A stretch of 45,480 nt of DNA from positions 1-45,480 of the forward strand of contig JAACDW010000247.1 in assembly GCA_009936775.1 (NCBI GenBank), written 5' to 3'. Source of the stretch: Pseudomonadota bacterium (GTDB taxonomy: Bacteria; Pseudomonadota; Gammaproteobacteria; Pseudomonadales; Azotimanducaceae). The first letter of the stretch is position 1; each line of letters begins with the position of its first letter. Shown piece by piece: positions 10,504 to 19,854 of this stretch. Under the pieces are notes generated by a model that made no database searches, was not told the DNA's origin, and worked only from the letters and a program-made list of their open reading frames with translations. The position numbers and the translations under genes were made by a program.

Positions 10504-11835
10504 GTGCCTGATCTTTTCGCGCTACTTTGGGTTGTATGCGGTATCTTGCTGGGTGCTTGCTTGGCGTTCTTGGGGCTAAAAAACCGCGCCCAACAAACCC
10601 TGCACAGCAAGGACAATGAACTGGCTGCCGCCCTTGCTAAGGAGACAATGCTAGCGCAACGCCAAGAAGAGTTGAGCCAACAAAACAACCAACTGCAAAC
10701 CGATCTTGCCGCTAAGCAAGGCGAGCTAGCAAGCCTGCAGGGGCGCATGGAAGAAACGCAGGCAAACTTCGTCGAAAGGGAAAAGCTGCTGCGCGAGTCC
10801 AACGAGCGCATGAAGGTAGAATTCGAAGCCTTGGCAAGTAAGGTGCTTAACGCTCAGGGTGCCCAACAGCGTCAGTCCTTGGATCTGATGCTGAACCCGT
10901 TTCGAGAGCAAATTGGCGACTTTCGCAAACGCGTAGAAGAGGTCTATCGCTCCGATACCAAGGAACGCGCTTCGTTGCTCAAGGAAATGCAAAACTTGCA
11001 ATCCGCCAGCAACCGCATTAACGCGGAGGCGGAAAACCTCACCAAGGCGCTGAAAGGCGACAACAAGGTACAGGGCAACTGGGGTGAGCTGGTACTCGAA
11101 CGTATTCTCGAAGATTCGGGTCTGCGAAAGGACCACGAGTACTTTGTGCAGCCGTCGAGCCGCGACGAACAGGGCAGACTGAAACGTCCAGATATTGTGA
11201 TTCGGCTGCCCGAGGGCAAGGATGTGGTCGTCGATTCAAAGGCAGCACTGGTGGCCTATGAACAGGCTCTGAGCACTGAGGATGAACAGGCACGGCAGGT
11301 CTTTCTTAAGCAGCACGTGGAGGCAGTGCGCGGACAGGTCAAAAAACTGGCGGAACAAGACTATGACCAGTTGCCAGATCTACGCTCACTGGATTTCGTG
11401 CTGTTGTTCATTCCCATTGAATCGGCCTTCACCTTGGCCATGGAGCTGGACTCAAAGCTTTTCATCGACGCTTTTAATAAACGCATCATGCTGGTAAGCC
11501 CAACCACCCTGATGATGGCTTTGCGCATCATCGACAACCTTTGGCAGGTCGAAAAACAAAACCGTAATGCACAAGACATCGCCCAACGCGCCGGCGCGCT
11601 GTATGACAAGTTGCAGGGTGTAGTCGAGGAGGTCGATAAGCTGGGCAAACAGCTTGGTACGGTGCAGGGCACCTACGACACCCTCTACGGACGGCTCGCC
11701 GGTGGCCGCGGCAACTTGGTTGGGCAGGCGGAAAAATTGCGCGAGCTTGGTGCGCCAGTAAAGAAAGTCATCGCCCCCCAACTCACCTCAGTTGATAGCC
11801 AATCTGACGTCCCAAATGACACCAAAGAACCCTAA
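10504..11835 (+). CDS. rmuC: DNA recombination protein RmuC
   Basis: N-terminal TM, long coiled coil, QGNWGELVLERILEDSGL, RPDIVIRLP..VVVDSK, DFVLLFIPIE, VSPTTL; GTG start after AGGAGG. Confidence 0.92.
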   Translation: MPDLFALLWVVCGILLGACLAFLGLKNRAQQTLHSKDNELAAALAKETMLAQRQEELSQQNNQLQTDLAAKQGELASLQGRMEETQANFVEREKLLRESNERMKVEFEALASKVLNAQGAQQRQSLDLMLNPFREQIGDFRKRVEEVYRSDTKERASLLKEMQNLQSASNRINAEAENLTKALKGDNKVQGNWGELVLERILEDSGLRKDHEYFVQPSSRDEQGRLKRPDIVIRLPEGKDVVVDSKAALVAYEQALSTEDEQARQVFLKQHVEAVRGQVKKLAEQDYDQLPDLRSLDFVLLFIPIESAFTLAMELDSKLFIDAFNKRIMLVSPTTLMMALRIIDNLWQVEKQNRNAQDIAQRAGALYDKLQGVVEEVDKLGKQLGTVQGTYDTLYGRLAGGRGNLVGQAEKLRELGAPVKKVIAPQLTSVDSQSDVPNDTKEP

Positions 11836-11843
11836 CCAGCGTG

Positions 11844-12317
11844 TCAGTCTTTGAGCATTTTTATAAAGGCTGGCGTGTCGCACAGGGTATAGGGGTGCAG
11901 TTGGTTGGCCTGCAGCGGCCAGCGCAGAGTTCGCGCACCTTCAAGCGCTTCTCTTTGCAGCTGTTCGTCGCTGGGCTTATGGCAAAGGCTATCGAGCTCC
12001 CGCCAAATCGGATTGAACGGCTGCAGGCGTTCAAAATAACAGCGACTTTCACCGCGAGAGTCAGGCAGCGCCAATACTTCAATGGCGCCGATCATTGCCC
12101 AGTGGGAAAACCACACCGCATCACCTTCACGCACCGCAAATAATAGCGGCATCTGCAGTTGCGAGGATTGCGCCGCGCGGAAAAACGCTGCGCCAACATG
12201 CCAAAGATGTTGGTCTTTGAATAGGCCGCCGCTATCCGCTTCCAGCATGGATTCAATACTCTTCTGCGATACGACAGTCGCCAAACAAAAATCCGCGACC
12301 TTGGGTTGTTCGCTCAT
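11844..12317 (-). CDS. Hypothetical protein, 157 aa
   Basis: Strong GGAGGT RBS; fills the gap between rmuC and the VRR-NUC gene; globular composition. Confidence 0.72.
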   Translation of the reverse strand: MSEQPKVADFCLATVVSQKSIESMLEADSGGLFKDQHLWHVGAAFFRAAQSSQLQMPLLFAVREGDAVWFSHWAMIGAIEVLALPDSRGESRCYFERLQPFNPIWRELDSLCHKPSDEQLQREALEGARTLRWPLQANQLHPYTLCDTPAFIKMLKD

Positions 12318-12427
12318 GCCGGCACCTCCCTAAATGGCCGCAAATAGCGCCACATCGCCCCAGACGACAAGGGACAACACTGCGCCAGTAAATGCCAGAA
12401 CTGTAAACCAACTGTTATGCTCTGAGC

Positions 12428-14077
12428 ATGGCATCTTCTGAACCTGATCCTAACGCGTTTGGCTCATACTCCCCAGCACCATTATTGCAGCCGCAACAGG
12501 CTGCCCCTGAAGACTATTATCAGAATATTTTCATCGAAGTATTCGGCTTCGTGCTTGGCCAATACGCTGCATTAATGCCCTGCGAGATGCGCCACTCACT
12601 GCAGTCTTTTCTGCACTCATGCAGTGACGCTCAGCGCCTTTTTGCGCGACTGCTGACGCGCAAGGGTCCAGTGTTCTTTGACACAAAGCTCGCATACCCC
12701 GAGGTTAGCAGCAGTGCGCATGCCCTCGAAGAACTGACCGCAGCGCAGCTGATCGGGCGCTGTCAACCAGTGCCCGGAGATCTTCTGCTTGAACGTTTGA
12801 CCAAGCAGGACATCACCGATGTCTGCTGCGCTGGCAGCAAATACGTCAAAGCACTGAGCAAGGACTCGCTCAAGAACGAAGTACTCAGTCGGCATACCGA
12901 CCAGCATTTACGTACTCTAATAGCAGAGAAAATGCCGTGGAGAACCATCAGCCAACCGCGACATTGGGAGCTGGTACAACTGCTGTACTTTGGGCGTGCA
13001 GGACAAGATTGGTCTGCCCATGTGCGCCGGGATCTGGGTCAGGTCACCTACGAAACCGTTGCCTTAAGTAAGTCGCGCCTCAGCAGTTCTGCAAGTTTCA
13101 ACAGCTTCCTGCACGAACGCGAACTGCGCCTGCGGGTATACCGCTTAGACGATTACCCAACCCTGCTGCCGGGGTTGCTGGCAGCCTTTGCACAGGCTCC
13201 CATCGGCGCACAGGCTGAAGCCCTGCGCCAGCGCAGTCTGCTGCGGGTGGGTAAATGGTGTGAGCAACGCCAGTATTGGGAGCAGGCCCTACGGGCTTAT
13301 GCGTTGGCACATATTCCTCCAGCTCGGGAGCGACGGGTAAGAATTCATCACAAACTCGGTCAGCGCCAGCAGGCCCAAGCGCTGCTGCTGCAGATGGGCG
13401 AACAACCGCTGAGTGCGACGGAGCAGATTTTCAGCCAACGCTTCGGTCGGCGCGGACAGGCTGCGCCACCAACCACTACGTGGCTGATCGAGGAAACCCC
13501 GAAGTATGTAGAGGGCTATGTTCTTGAGAGCCTGATCGAAGAGGGCGGATGGGGCATGCACTGTGAGAACACGCTTGTAAAAACTCTGACCGGACTGATT
13601 TATTGGCAGGCCATCTTCACACCGCTGCCCGGCGCCTTTACCAATCCATTTCAGGTCGCTCCCCACGATCTCATGCAGCACGAGTTCGCCCAGCAGCGCG
13701 AGACCTTGCTGAAGGAAATTGAGAAGAACACCGCAACAGATAAGGGCCTGATCAAGCAGATGCAGTCCATAGCCGCAGCCAAACAAGGCATCGCCAACCC
13801 ATTGGTGAGCTGGGGGTTGCTACAAAGTGTCGGTTTAGACGCTTGGTTAGAAGCGATACCACTAAAATGGATCAGACAGCTTAGCCATTTTTTAATTCGC
13901 AACCTCGGCGATTACCGCAGAGGCTTTCCTGACTTATTTATCGCCCATGCCGATGGCAGTGCCGAGTTCGTCGAGGTCAAGGGACCTACGGACCAGCTGC
14001 AGCCTCAGCAGCGAGCATGGTTTGAAACATTCGCTGCACTCGACATCGATGCACGAGTGATTAAGTTGAAGCTCTGA
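12428..14077 (+). CDS. VRR-NUC domain nuclease (bacterial FAN1-like)
   Basis: N-terminal YY..NF-like start and AQRLFARLLTRKG, TPR-like middle, HCENTL, C-terminal RRGFPDLF...FVEVKGPTDQLQPQQRAW PD-(D/E)XK motif. Confidence 0.9.
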   Translation: MASSEPDPNAFGSYSPAPLLQPQQAAPEDYYQNIFIEVFGFVLGQYAALMPCEMRHSLQSFLHSCSDAQRLFARLLTRKGPVFFDTKLAYPEVSSSAHALEELTAAQLIGRCQPVPGDLLLERLTKQDITDVCCAGSKYVKALSKDSLKNEVLSRHTDQHLRTLIAEKMPWRTISQPRHWELVQLLYFGRAGQDWSAHVRRDLGQVTYETVALSKSRLSSSASFNSFLHERELRLRVYRLDDYPTLLPGLLAAFAQAPIGAQAEALRQRSLLRVGKWCEQRQYWEQALRAYALAHIPPARERRVRIHHKLGQRQQAQALLLQMGEQPLSATEQIFSQRFGRRGQAAPPTTTWLIEETPKYVEGYVLESLIEEGGWGMHCENTLVKTLTGLIYWQAIFTPLPGAFTNPFQVAPHDLMQHEFAQQRETLLKEIEKNTATDKGLIKQMQSIAAAKQGIANPLVSWGLLQSVGLDAWLEAIPLKWIRQLSHFLIRNLGDYRRGFPDLFIAHADGSAEFVEVKGPTDQLQPQQRAWFETFAALDIDARVIKLKL

Positions 14078-14078
14078 T

Positions 14079-16604
14079 ATGGCTGATATGACTGACGTTG
14101 CGGTCCGTGATTTGACGAGTTTTGTGTTTCGCTGTGGTGACCTTTATCCCACCGGCGAGGGCCGCAGTGTCGAGGCATGGGAAGGCACTATTGCGCATGC
14201 TGCGATGCAAAAACAGCGCACGGCTGCTGATACCGGCTACCGCAAGGAGGTTAGTTTAAAACTCCCGGTGAAGCTGCTGGGTGAACAACGGCAGCTGCAG
14301 GGGCGGGTGGACGGAGTGAGCCGCAACAGCCACGGCCAGACGGTCATAGAGGAATATAAAACCAGCCGCCGGGCGCAGCCGCTGCTGCGCGGCCCAGACC
14401 AAGCCCAAGCTTGGCTCTACGCAGGCATGCTGTGCGCGATCGATAGCAACATCGAAGTGCTGGTCACCCGCGTCATCTACATCAGCCCTCAAGGAGAGGA
14501 ACTGGCTTGTTTTGAAACGAGTTTGAACACTTACAAGGCTCAGTTGTTCCTCAGCTTTGCGCTCGCGTGTTACTCAGCTCATTTGCAGCGTCAGCACTAT
14601 CGAAGCCTGCTGCGTTTGCAATGGGCCAAGACTCTTGAATTCCCATACCCCCGGTTCCGCAAGCACCAACGCGCCATGGCCGGGCAGGTGTTTAACAGCC
14701 TATCCAAGGGCGAAAATTTATTACTGGAAGCTGTTACCGGCAGTGGCAAGACTCTCGCGGTGCTTTTCCCAGCCATCAAAGCTCAAGCCATGGATGAACA
14801 ATTTTTCTTCCTCACCAGTCGAGGCCGAGGCGCAGACACAGCGCTAACAACACTCAAGCAATTGATAGCTCACTCTGCACCGCTGCGCGTCGTGCACATC
14901 ACAGCCAAGGAAAAAATTTGTCCGCGACCGCAGCTCACTTGTGATGCAAGCCTGTGTCCCAATGCCGCCGACTACTACAGTAGACTGCCTCAGGCGCTGA
15001 ACGAGTTAGCATTGGTGCCGCTGGCCGATCGCACAGTTATCGAGGAAAAGGCCGCCGAGCACAGCCTATGTCCTTTCGAACTAAGCCTCGATCATGGGTT
15101 GAACGCAGACCTCATCATTGGCGATTACAACTACATATTCGATCCATCTGCACGGCTGCAGCGTTTTCAGCAGGGGCGCCAACAGGCCCTGCTGATTGAT
15201 GAAGCGCATCAACTCAGCGCCAGAATCAGCGACATGCTAAGCGTTGATCTGACGCTGACTGATGTTGTGCGTGCCAAATCTCAGGCACCGGAAGCGCTAC
15301 AGCCAATACTTGCCGCTCTGACTGAGGAAGTGGTGAGAACCGCGGCCTCTGCAGGCGCTGATGGGCGCAGCAGTCAACAGGAGCTGGAAAATCCGCAAAG
15401 CCTCGCACAAACACTAGGCACCGTGTTAGCGGCCTGTGACGACATGCTGGGTAAGCCTACAGAAACGGCAGCTGAGCACGCCAGAACCCGCCTTAGAAGT
15501 GGCGCGCCGCAAACGGCAACTTTGTTTCCTGTCATCATGGATCAAGACGGCCCAACAGCGGAAACAAACCAGCGCGGGCGTGCAGACGACGCCAGACACT
15601 TGCTGCCAGAGGACTTACTCAAATTGTATTTCATTGCACTGCGCTGGCAGCGCTCAGAGCAGTGGACCGCCGCAGAAAACTACCGTTACATCGTGAGCAT
15701 CAGTGATTACCGCCACGCTGGCGAATCACTGGCTGTGCAGGGCGATGTAAGTATCAGCAAGCGTTGTATCGACAGCAGCTACTATGCTGCTCAGGTGATG
15801 GCCGAGCATCGGGCAGTAGTGCGGTTTTCCGGAACGCTTTCACCCCTTGATATGTACCAGCGCATGCATGGCCAACCGGCTCTGTCGCAGAGCGAACACA
15901 ACAGTCAGTCCGTCGCCCTGCGTGCCCGCAGCCCGTTTCGACCGGAGCAACTGCATATCTTGGCGATCACCGATATCAACACCCTTTATCGGCAACGCGG
16001 CCAATCTTTAACGAAGCTTTGCCAACTGCTGGCAACATTGCAGCGGGCGCATCCCGGGCGCTACCTCATTGCCATGCCGTCCTACGCATATCTTGATCAG
16101 CTGGCGGCATGTCCCGCCTTACCCGATTACTTTATGAGCCAAAGTAGGCAAATGGATGACGCGGCTCAACGCGCTTTGTTAGCGAGTTTCAGTGCCATGG
16201 AGCACGGCGTTCTTGGCATTGTCATGGGCGGCGTTTTTGGTGAATCTGTTGACCTTGGTGCAAGCCCGTTGGCGGGTGTAATCGTCGTGAGTTTGGCGCT
16301 ACCGCCTGCAGACCTAAGTCGCAGTCTGACCAGTAAACACTTCGAGCAACAGCATGGGCAAGGGCTCGGGCAGCAAGTAGCCTACCTGCAACCGGCGCTG
16401 TCGCGCATTGTTCAAGCAGCTGGCCGAGTCATTCGCGGCCCAAACGACAAGGGCGTAGTGTGTTTGGTCGACCCGCGTTTTCTTGACCCAAACCTTGCCG
16501 GCTTCTTTCCTGAGCATTGGCAACTACGACCAACCCATACAAATGGGGTAGAAAAGTCGCTCAAAGCCTTTTGGTCGAATGACTTATCTGCAGCAGCAGA
16601 CTAA
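14079..16604 (+). CDS. XPD/DinG-family FeS ATP-dependent DNA helicase with N-terminal PD-(D/E)XK nuclease-like domain
   Basis: QGRVDG..IEEYKT..QAWLYA; Walker A AVTGSGKT; four FeS-type Cys (ICP, TCD, LCP, LCPFE); IDEAHQL; QAAGRVIR; starts 1 nt after the VRR-NUC stop. Confidence 0.9.
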   Translation: MADMTDVAVRDLTSFVFRCGDLYPTGEGRSVEAWEGTIAHAAMQKQRTAADTGYRKEVSLKLPVKLLGEQRQLQGRVDGVSRNSHGQTVIEEYKTSRRAQPLLRGPDQAQAWLYAGMLCAIDSNIEVLVTRVIYISPQGEELACFETSLNTYKAQLFLSFALACYSAHLQRQHYRSLLRLQWAKTLEFPYPRFRKHQRAMAGQVFNSLSKGENLLLEAVTGSGKTLAVLFPAIKAQAMDEQFFFLTSRGRGADTALTTLKQLIAHSAPLRVVHITAKEKICPRPQLTCDASLCPNAADYYSRLPQALNELALVPLADRTVIEEKAAEHSLCPFELSLDHGLNADLIIGDYNYIFDPSARLQRFQQGRQQALLIDEAHQLSARISDMLSVDLTLTDVVRAKSQAPEALQPILAALTEEVVRTAASAGADGRSSQQELENPQSLAQTLGTVLAACDDMLGKPTETAAEHARTRLRSGAPQTATLFPVIMDQDGPTAETNQRGRADDARHLLPEDLLKLYFIALRWQRSEQWTAAENYRYIVSISDYRHAGESLAVQGDVSISKRCIDSSYYAAQVMAEHRAVVRFSGTLSPLDMYQRMHGQPALSQSEHNSQSVALRARSPFRPEQLHILAITDINTLYRQRGQSLTKLCQLLATLQRAHPGRYLIAMPSYAYLDQLAACPALPDYFMSQSRQMDDAAQRALLASFSAMEHGVLGIVMGGVFGESVDLGASPLAGVIVVSLALPPADLSRSLTSKHFEQQHGQGLGQQVAYLQPALSRIVQAAGRVIRGPNDKGVVCLVDPRFLDPNLAGFFPEHWQLRPTHTNGVEKSLKAFWSNDLSAAAD

Positions 16605-16613
16605 GCTGCAGCA

Positions 16614-18017
16614 ATGAAACGCCGTACAAAAATCATCTGCACCATTGGCCCTGCCACCGCCAGTTTCGAAGGCCTCAAGGGACTCTATGACGCCGGTATG
16701 AACATCGTGCGAATCAACATGTCTCACTCAGACCATGCCAGCGCGCTGAAGATCATCAACTGGATTAAAACCCTGAACCGACAGGTGGACTATCCGATAC
16801 CTATTTTGCTCGATACTCAGGGCCCGGAAATTCGCACCGGCGTACTTGACAACCCAATGCAACTAAACGCCGGCGATGTGGTGACGCTAAGTGTCCGCGA
16901 CGGGGACTTAGTCGAGCAGAGATCGATTCATGTGAACTACACGGAGTTGGTCGACGTGGTCGAAGTAGGGCGCATCATTACCGTCGACAACGGGCTAATG
17001 AATTTCAAAGTTCTGCAGAAAAAAGACCATCAACTCACTTGCGAGGTTATCGACGGCGGCACATTGGGCAGTCGCAAGCATGTCAATTTACCCGGCGTAC
17101 GAGTGAACCTGCCTGCAATCACATCCAAGGACCGAGACGACATCGCCTTTGGTATGGCTAACGATGTGGACTTTATCGCTTTGTCCTTTGTGCGCAGCCC
17201 TGAAGACATCCGCGAGTTGCGTAAGTTTTTGGGTAAGAAACAGCAGACCATCAAAGTCGTAGCGAAAATCGAAGATCAAGAGGGGGTCAGTAAAATCCAC
17301 GATATTGTCGCCGTATCAGACGGCGTTATGGTTGCCCGTGGCGATTTAGGTATCGAAACCGAACTGGCAGATTTACCCAATGTGCAACGGCGCATTGTGC
17401 ATGCCTGCGCGCGACAGGGAAAACGCTGCATTGTCGCAACTCATCTGCTTGAATCTATGATTGATAATCCCATTCCCACCCGCGCCGAGGTCACCGATGT
17501 AGCTAACGCCATTTATGAAGGCGTCGACTCAGTGATGCTATCTGGCGAGACCAGTGTGGGCAGCTACCCCCAGCGCTGCGTCGAGCAACTTGCGCAAATT
17601 GCCAAACGCACCGAGCCTTACCCGGGGCTGGGTTATGAAAAATCATGGGAAATCAGCACCGACAAAGAACATGTGGCCGTACATGCAGTAGCGTTGGCGG
17701 AAGCGGTGTCGGCGACAGGCGTCGTTGTCATTACGCGGCGCGGCTTTACCGCAGATTTCGTTACCGCCGCACGGCCCCACAACGTGCCAATATTCGCCTT
17801 TACCAACGACAGTCAAACCCGCAGACGCCTAGCAATGAATCGATCGGTGTTTGCTCATCGTATCGCCTTTAGCAGCGACCCTGAAAAAACCCTGCAACGC
17901 GCTTTTAACTTACTGCGCAAAAAAGAGAATGTTCCCGTAGACGCCAAGCTCGTGGTCATTTCCGATGTTTTGGCAGACCAACCTACCGAAGCGATCCAGA
18001 TCAGACGCCTGCATTGA
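16614..18017 (+). CDS. pyk: Pyruvate kinase
   Basis: RRTKIICTIGPA, RINMSH, LDTQGPEIRTG, AKIE, MVARGDLG, PTRAEVTDVANA, MLSGET. Confidence 0.96.
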   Translation: MKRRTKIICTIGPATASFEGLKGLYDAGMNIVRINMSHSDHASALKIINWIKTLNRQVDYPIPILLDTQGPEIRTGVLDNPMQLNAGDVVTLSVRDGDLVEQRSIHVNYTELVDVVEVGRIITVDNGLMNFKVLQKKDHQLTCEVIDGGTLGSRKHVNLPGVRVNLPAITSKDRDDIAFGMANDVDFIALSFVRSPEDIRELRKFLGKKQQTIKVVAKIEDQEGVSKIHDIVAVSDGVMVARGDLGIETELADLPNVQRRIVHACARQGKRCIVATHLLESMIDNPIPTRAEVTDVANAIYEGVDSVMLSGETSVGSYPQRCVEQLAQIAKRTEPYPGLGYEKSWEISTDKEHVAVHAVALAEAVSATGVVVITRRGFTADFVTAARPHNVPIFAFTNDSQTRRRLAMNRSVFAHRIAFSSDPEKTLQRAFNLLRKKENVPVDAKLVVISDVLADQPTEAIQIRRLH

Positions 18018-18056
18018 AACAGTGCTGGCTCTGCGCTCACACGCTGCAAGCGGCTT

Positions 18057-18845
18057 TTAAACCACCATGCGCACAGCAACTAGCACCAGCATGAGTGCAA
18101 ATACACGCTTGAGAGTCGCCGCCGGGAGACGCTGAGCGAAGCGCACGCCAAGAGGGGCTGCGACCACCGCACCGGCGACAATAAAAACGAACGCGCGTAG
18201 ATCAACATAACCCACCAAACCCGGCTCAGACGCAGCGGGCGCCAGCAACATATAGCTTAGGGCGCCTACCGCAGCAATGGGCACACCGAGGGTGCTGGCA
18301 GTCGCAGTAGCATTGTGTGCAGGCACGTTAAAGTAAATCAGGGTAGGTACGATGACGTTACCACCGGCAATGCCAGCCAAACCGGAAACCAAACCCGCGC
18401 CAAGACCAATGGGGCCGGTACCGACAACGCTGCTCGGCCACTGCCGATGAGCAGGCGGCTTCCAGTCGAAAAACATAATCACAGCGACCATGGAGATAAA
18501 TACCGCAAAGCCCACGCGCAGGAGATCAGCAGGCAGCTGAGGCGCCAGGTAACCTGCAGCGGCACTACCCAACAGCAAAAACGGCAGTAGCGGCAAGACA
18601 ATAGGCCAGAGCACGCGTTGACCCTTAATCTGTGCATAGGCTGCCGAGGCTGAAGTGAAAACAATACAGGCTAGCGACGTCGCAACAGCGACTAGCAGCA
18701 CGATGTCCGACGAGTACGCGCCCGTGCGCGAAAACAATAGGAATAAAACCGGTACGATAATGACGCCACCGCCGATACCCAGCAGGCCACCGATAAAGCC
18801 ACTGAACAATCCAACAGCGAGAAATAATGACAGAGAGAGTAAAAT
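18057..18845 (-). CDS. TauE/SafE (sulfite exporter family) membrane protein; apparent ATT start
   Basis: GLLGIGGGVIIVP and GLAGIAGGNVIVP repeats, AVATSLA; frame extends upstream to GGAGA-CAAC-ATT giving (M)LLSLSLFLAVGLFSGFIGG. Confidence 0.85.
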   Translation of the reverse strand: MLLSLSLFLAVGLFSGFIGGLLGIGGGVIIVPVLFLLFSRTGAYSSDIVLLVAVATSLACIVFTSASAAYAQIKGQRVLWPIVLPLLPFLLLGSAAAGYLAPQLPADLLRVGFAVFISMVAVIMFFDWKPPAHRQWPSSVVGTGPIGLGAGLVSGLAGIAGGNVIVPTLIYFNVPAHNATATASTLGVPIAAVGALSYMLLAPAASEPGLVGYVDLRAFVFIVAGAVVAAPLGVRFAQRLPAATLKRVFALMLVLVAVRMVV

Positions 18846-18900
18846 GTTGTCTCCAAGGACTCACGCACGGCGGTGCTTTAGTGTATCGGAGTTTCGACTA

Positions 18901-19854
18901 ATGCAGAATCGGTGGCGGTTGTTTCTCTGCCTATTGTCAATGTTCGGCTTGGCCCATGCCGACCGTGAACAGCTGACGCTACCCAACGGCGACCAGTACG
19001 ACGGCGAAGTCGTCGATGGTGTTCTCAGTGGCGAAGGGGTCTATACATGGGCTGACGGTGACCAGTATGAAGGCGGATTCGTCGCAGACTTACCGCATGG
19101 CAAAGGCGTTTACAGTTGGGCAAACGGACGGCACTACGCTGGCGACTTTCTGCGCGGCAGACGTCACGGCAAGGGTGAACTGCGCTGGCCCAATGGCGAC
19201 CGATACACGGGCGACTTTGCTGATAACCAAATGCAGGGCCAAGGCGTATTGCAGTGGAACAATGGTGATATCTATCGCGGCGGTTTTGCCGACAATAAGC
19301 GTGATGGCGCAGGCACCATGCAATGGCATAGCGGCCAAACCTATCGGGGCCAATTCGATGATGGGGCAATGCATGGCCAAGGCAGCTACGTCTGGCCTGA
19401 TGGCGCAAACTACGCAGGCACCTTCCAGCGCGGCAGGCGCACAGGTCTTGGACGCTATACGGATGCAGCGCAATCGAGCTTCGCTGGACGCTTTACTGAT
19501 GGTAGAAGAGAGGGTTTCGGCGTAGCCCGCCGTGTCGGTGAACTGCTGGAACTGCAACGCTGGCGACAGGGTGCGTTGGTCGAGAGTAAGGCCATCGAAG
19601 AAAGTCCACGCTGCCGCTGTGTTGATGACAACAGAGGTTGGATGGTCGAAGCCAGTGCATGCATCAATGGGTTAGCCCATGGCGAGGGAGTCGCCGTAAG
19701 CTTGGACGGTCGCCGCCTGATCGCCGCGGGCACATGGGTTTTAGGCAGGCTTACAGCGGGCGAAGTGACTGTGCTATCCGTGCAACCGGAACTTCCCGTG
19801 CAGCCTGTCAAGTCTCCCGAGGCCTCACTGACAAATGCTGCTAAGAATGGATGA
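18901..19854 (+). CDS. Secreted MORN-repeat protein
   Basis: Signal peptide MQNRWRLFLCLLSMFGLAHA, then about 8 repeats of YxGxFxxxxxxGxGxYxWxxG and a Cys-containing C-terminal domain. Confidence 0.88.
   Translation: MQNRWRLFLCLLSMFGLAHADREQLTLPNGDQYDGEVVDGVLSGEGVYTWADGDQYEGGFVADLPHGKGVYSWANGRHYAGDFLRGRRHGKGELRWPNGDRYTGDFADNQMQGQGVLQWNNGDIYRGGFADNKRDGAGTMQWHSGQTYRGQFDDGAMHGQGSYVWPDGANYAGTFQRGRRTGLGRYTDAAQSSFAGRFTDGRREGFGVARRVGELLELQRWRQGALVESKAIEESPRCRCVDDNRGWMVEASACINGLAHGEGVAVSLDGRRLIAAGTWVLGRLTAGEVTVLSVQPELPVQPVKSPEASLTNAAKNG

Noticed and set aside
14079-14600. Cas4/CasDinG, i.e. a CRISPR system
   Set aside because: No repeat-spacer array or other cas genes; the nuclease-helicase fusion next to VRR-NUC fits a repair-type arrangement
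18970-19520. Periodic DNA repeats suggesting an array
   Set aside because: Explained by degenerate protein-level MORN repeats
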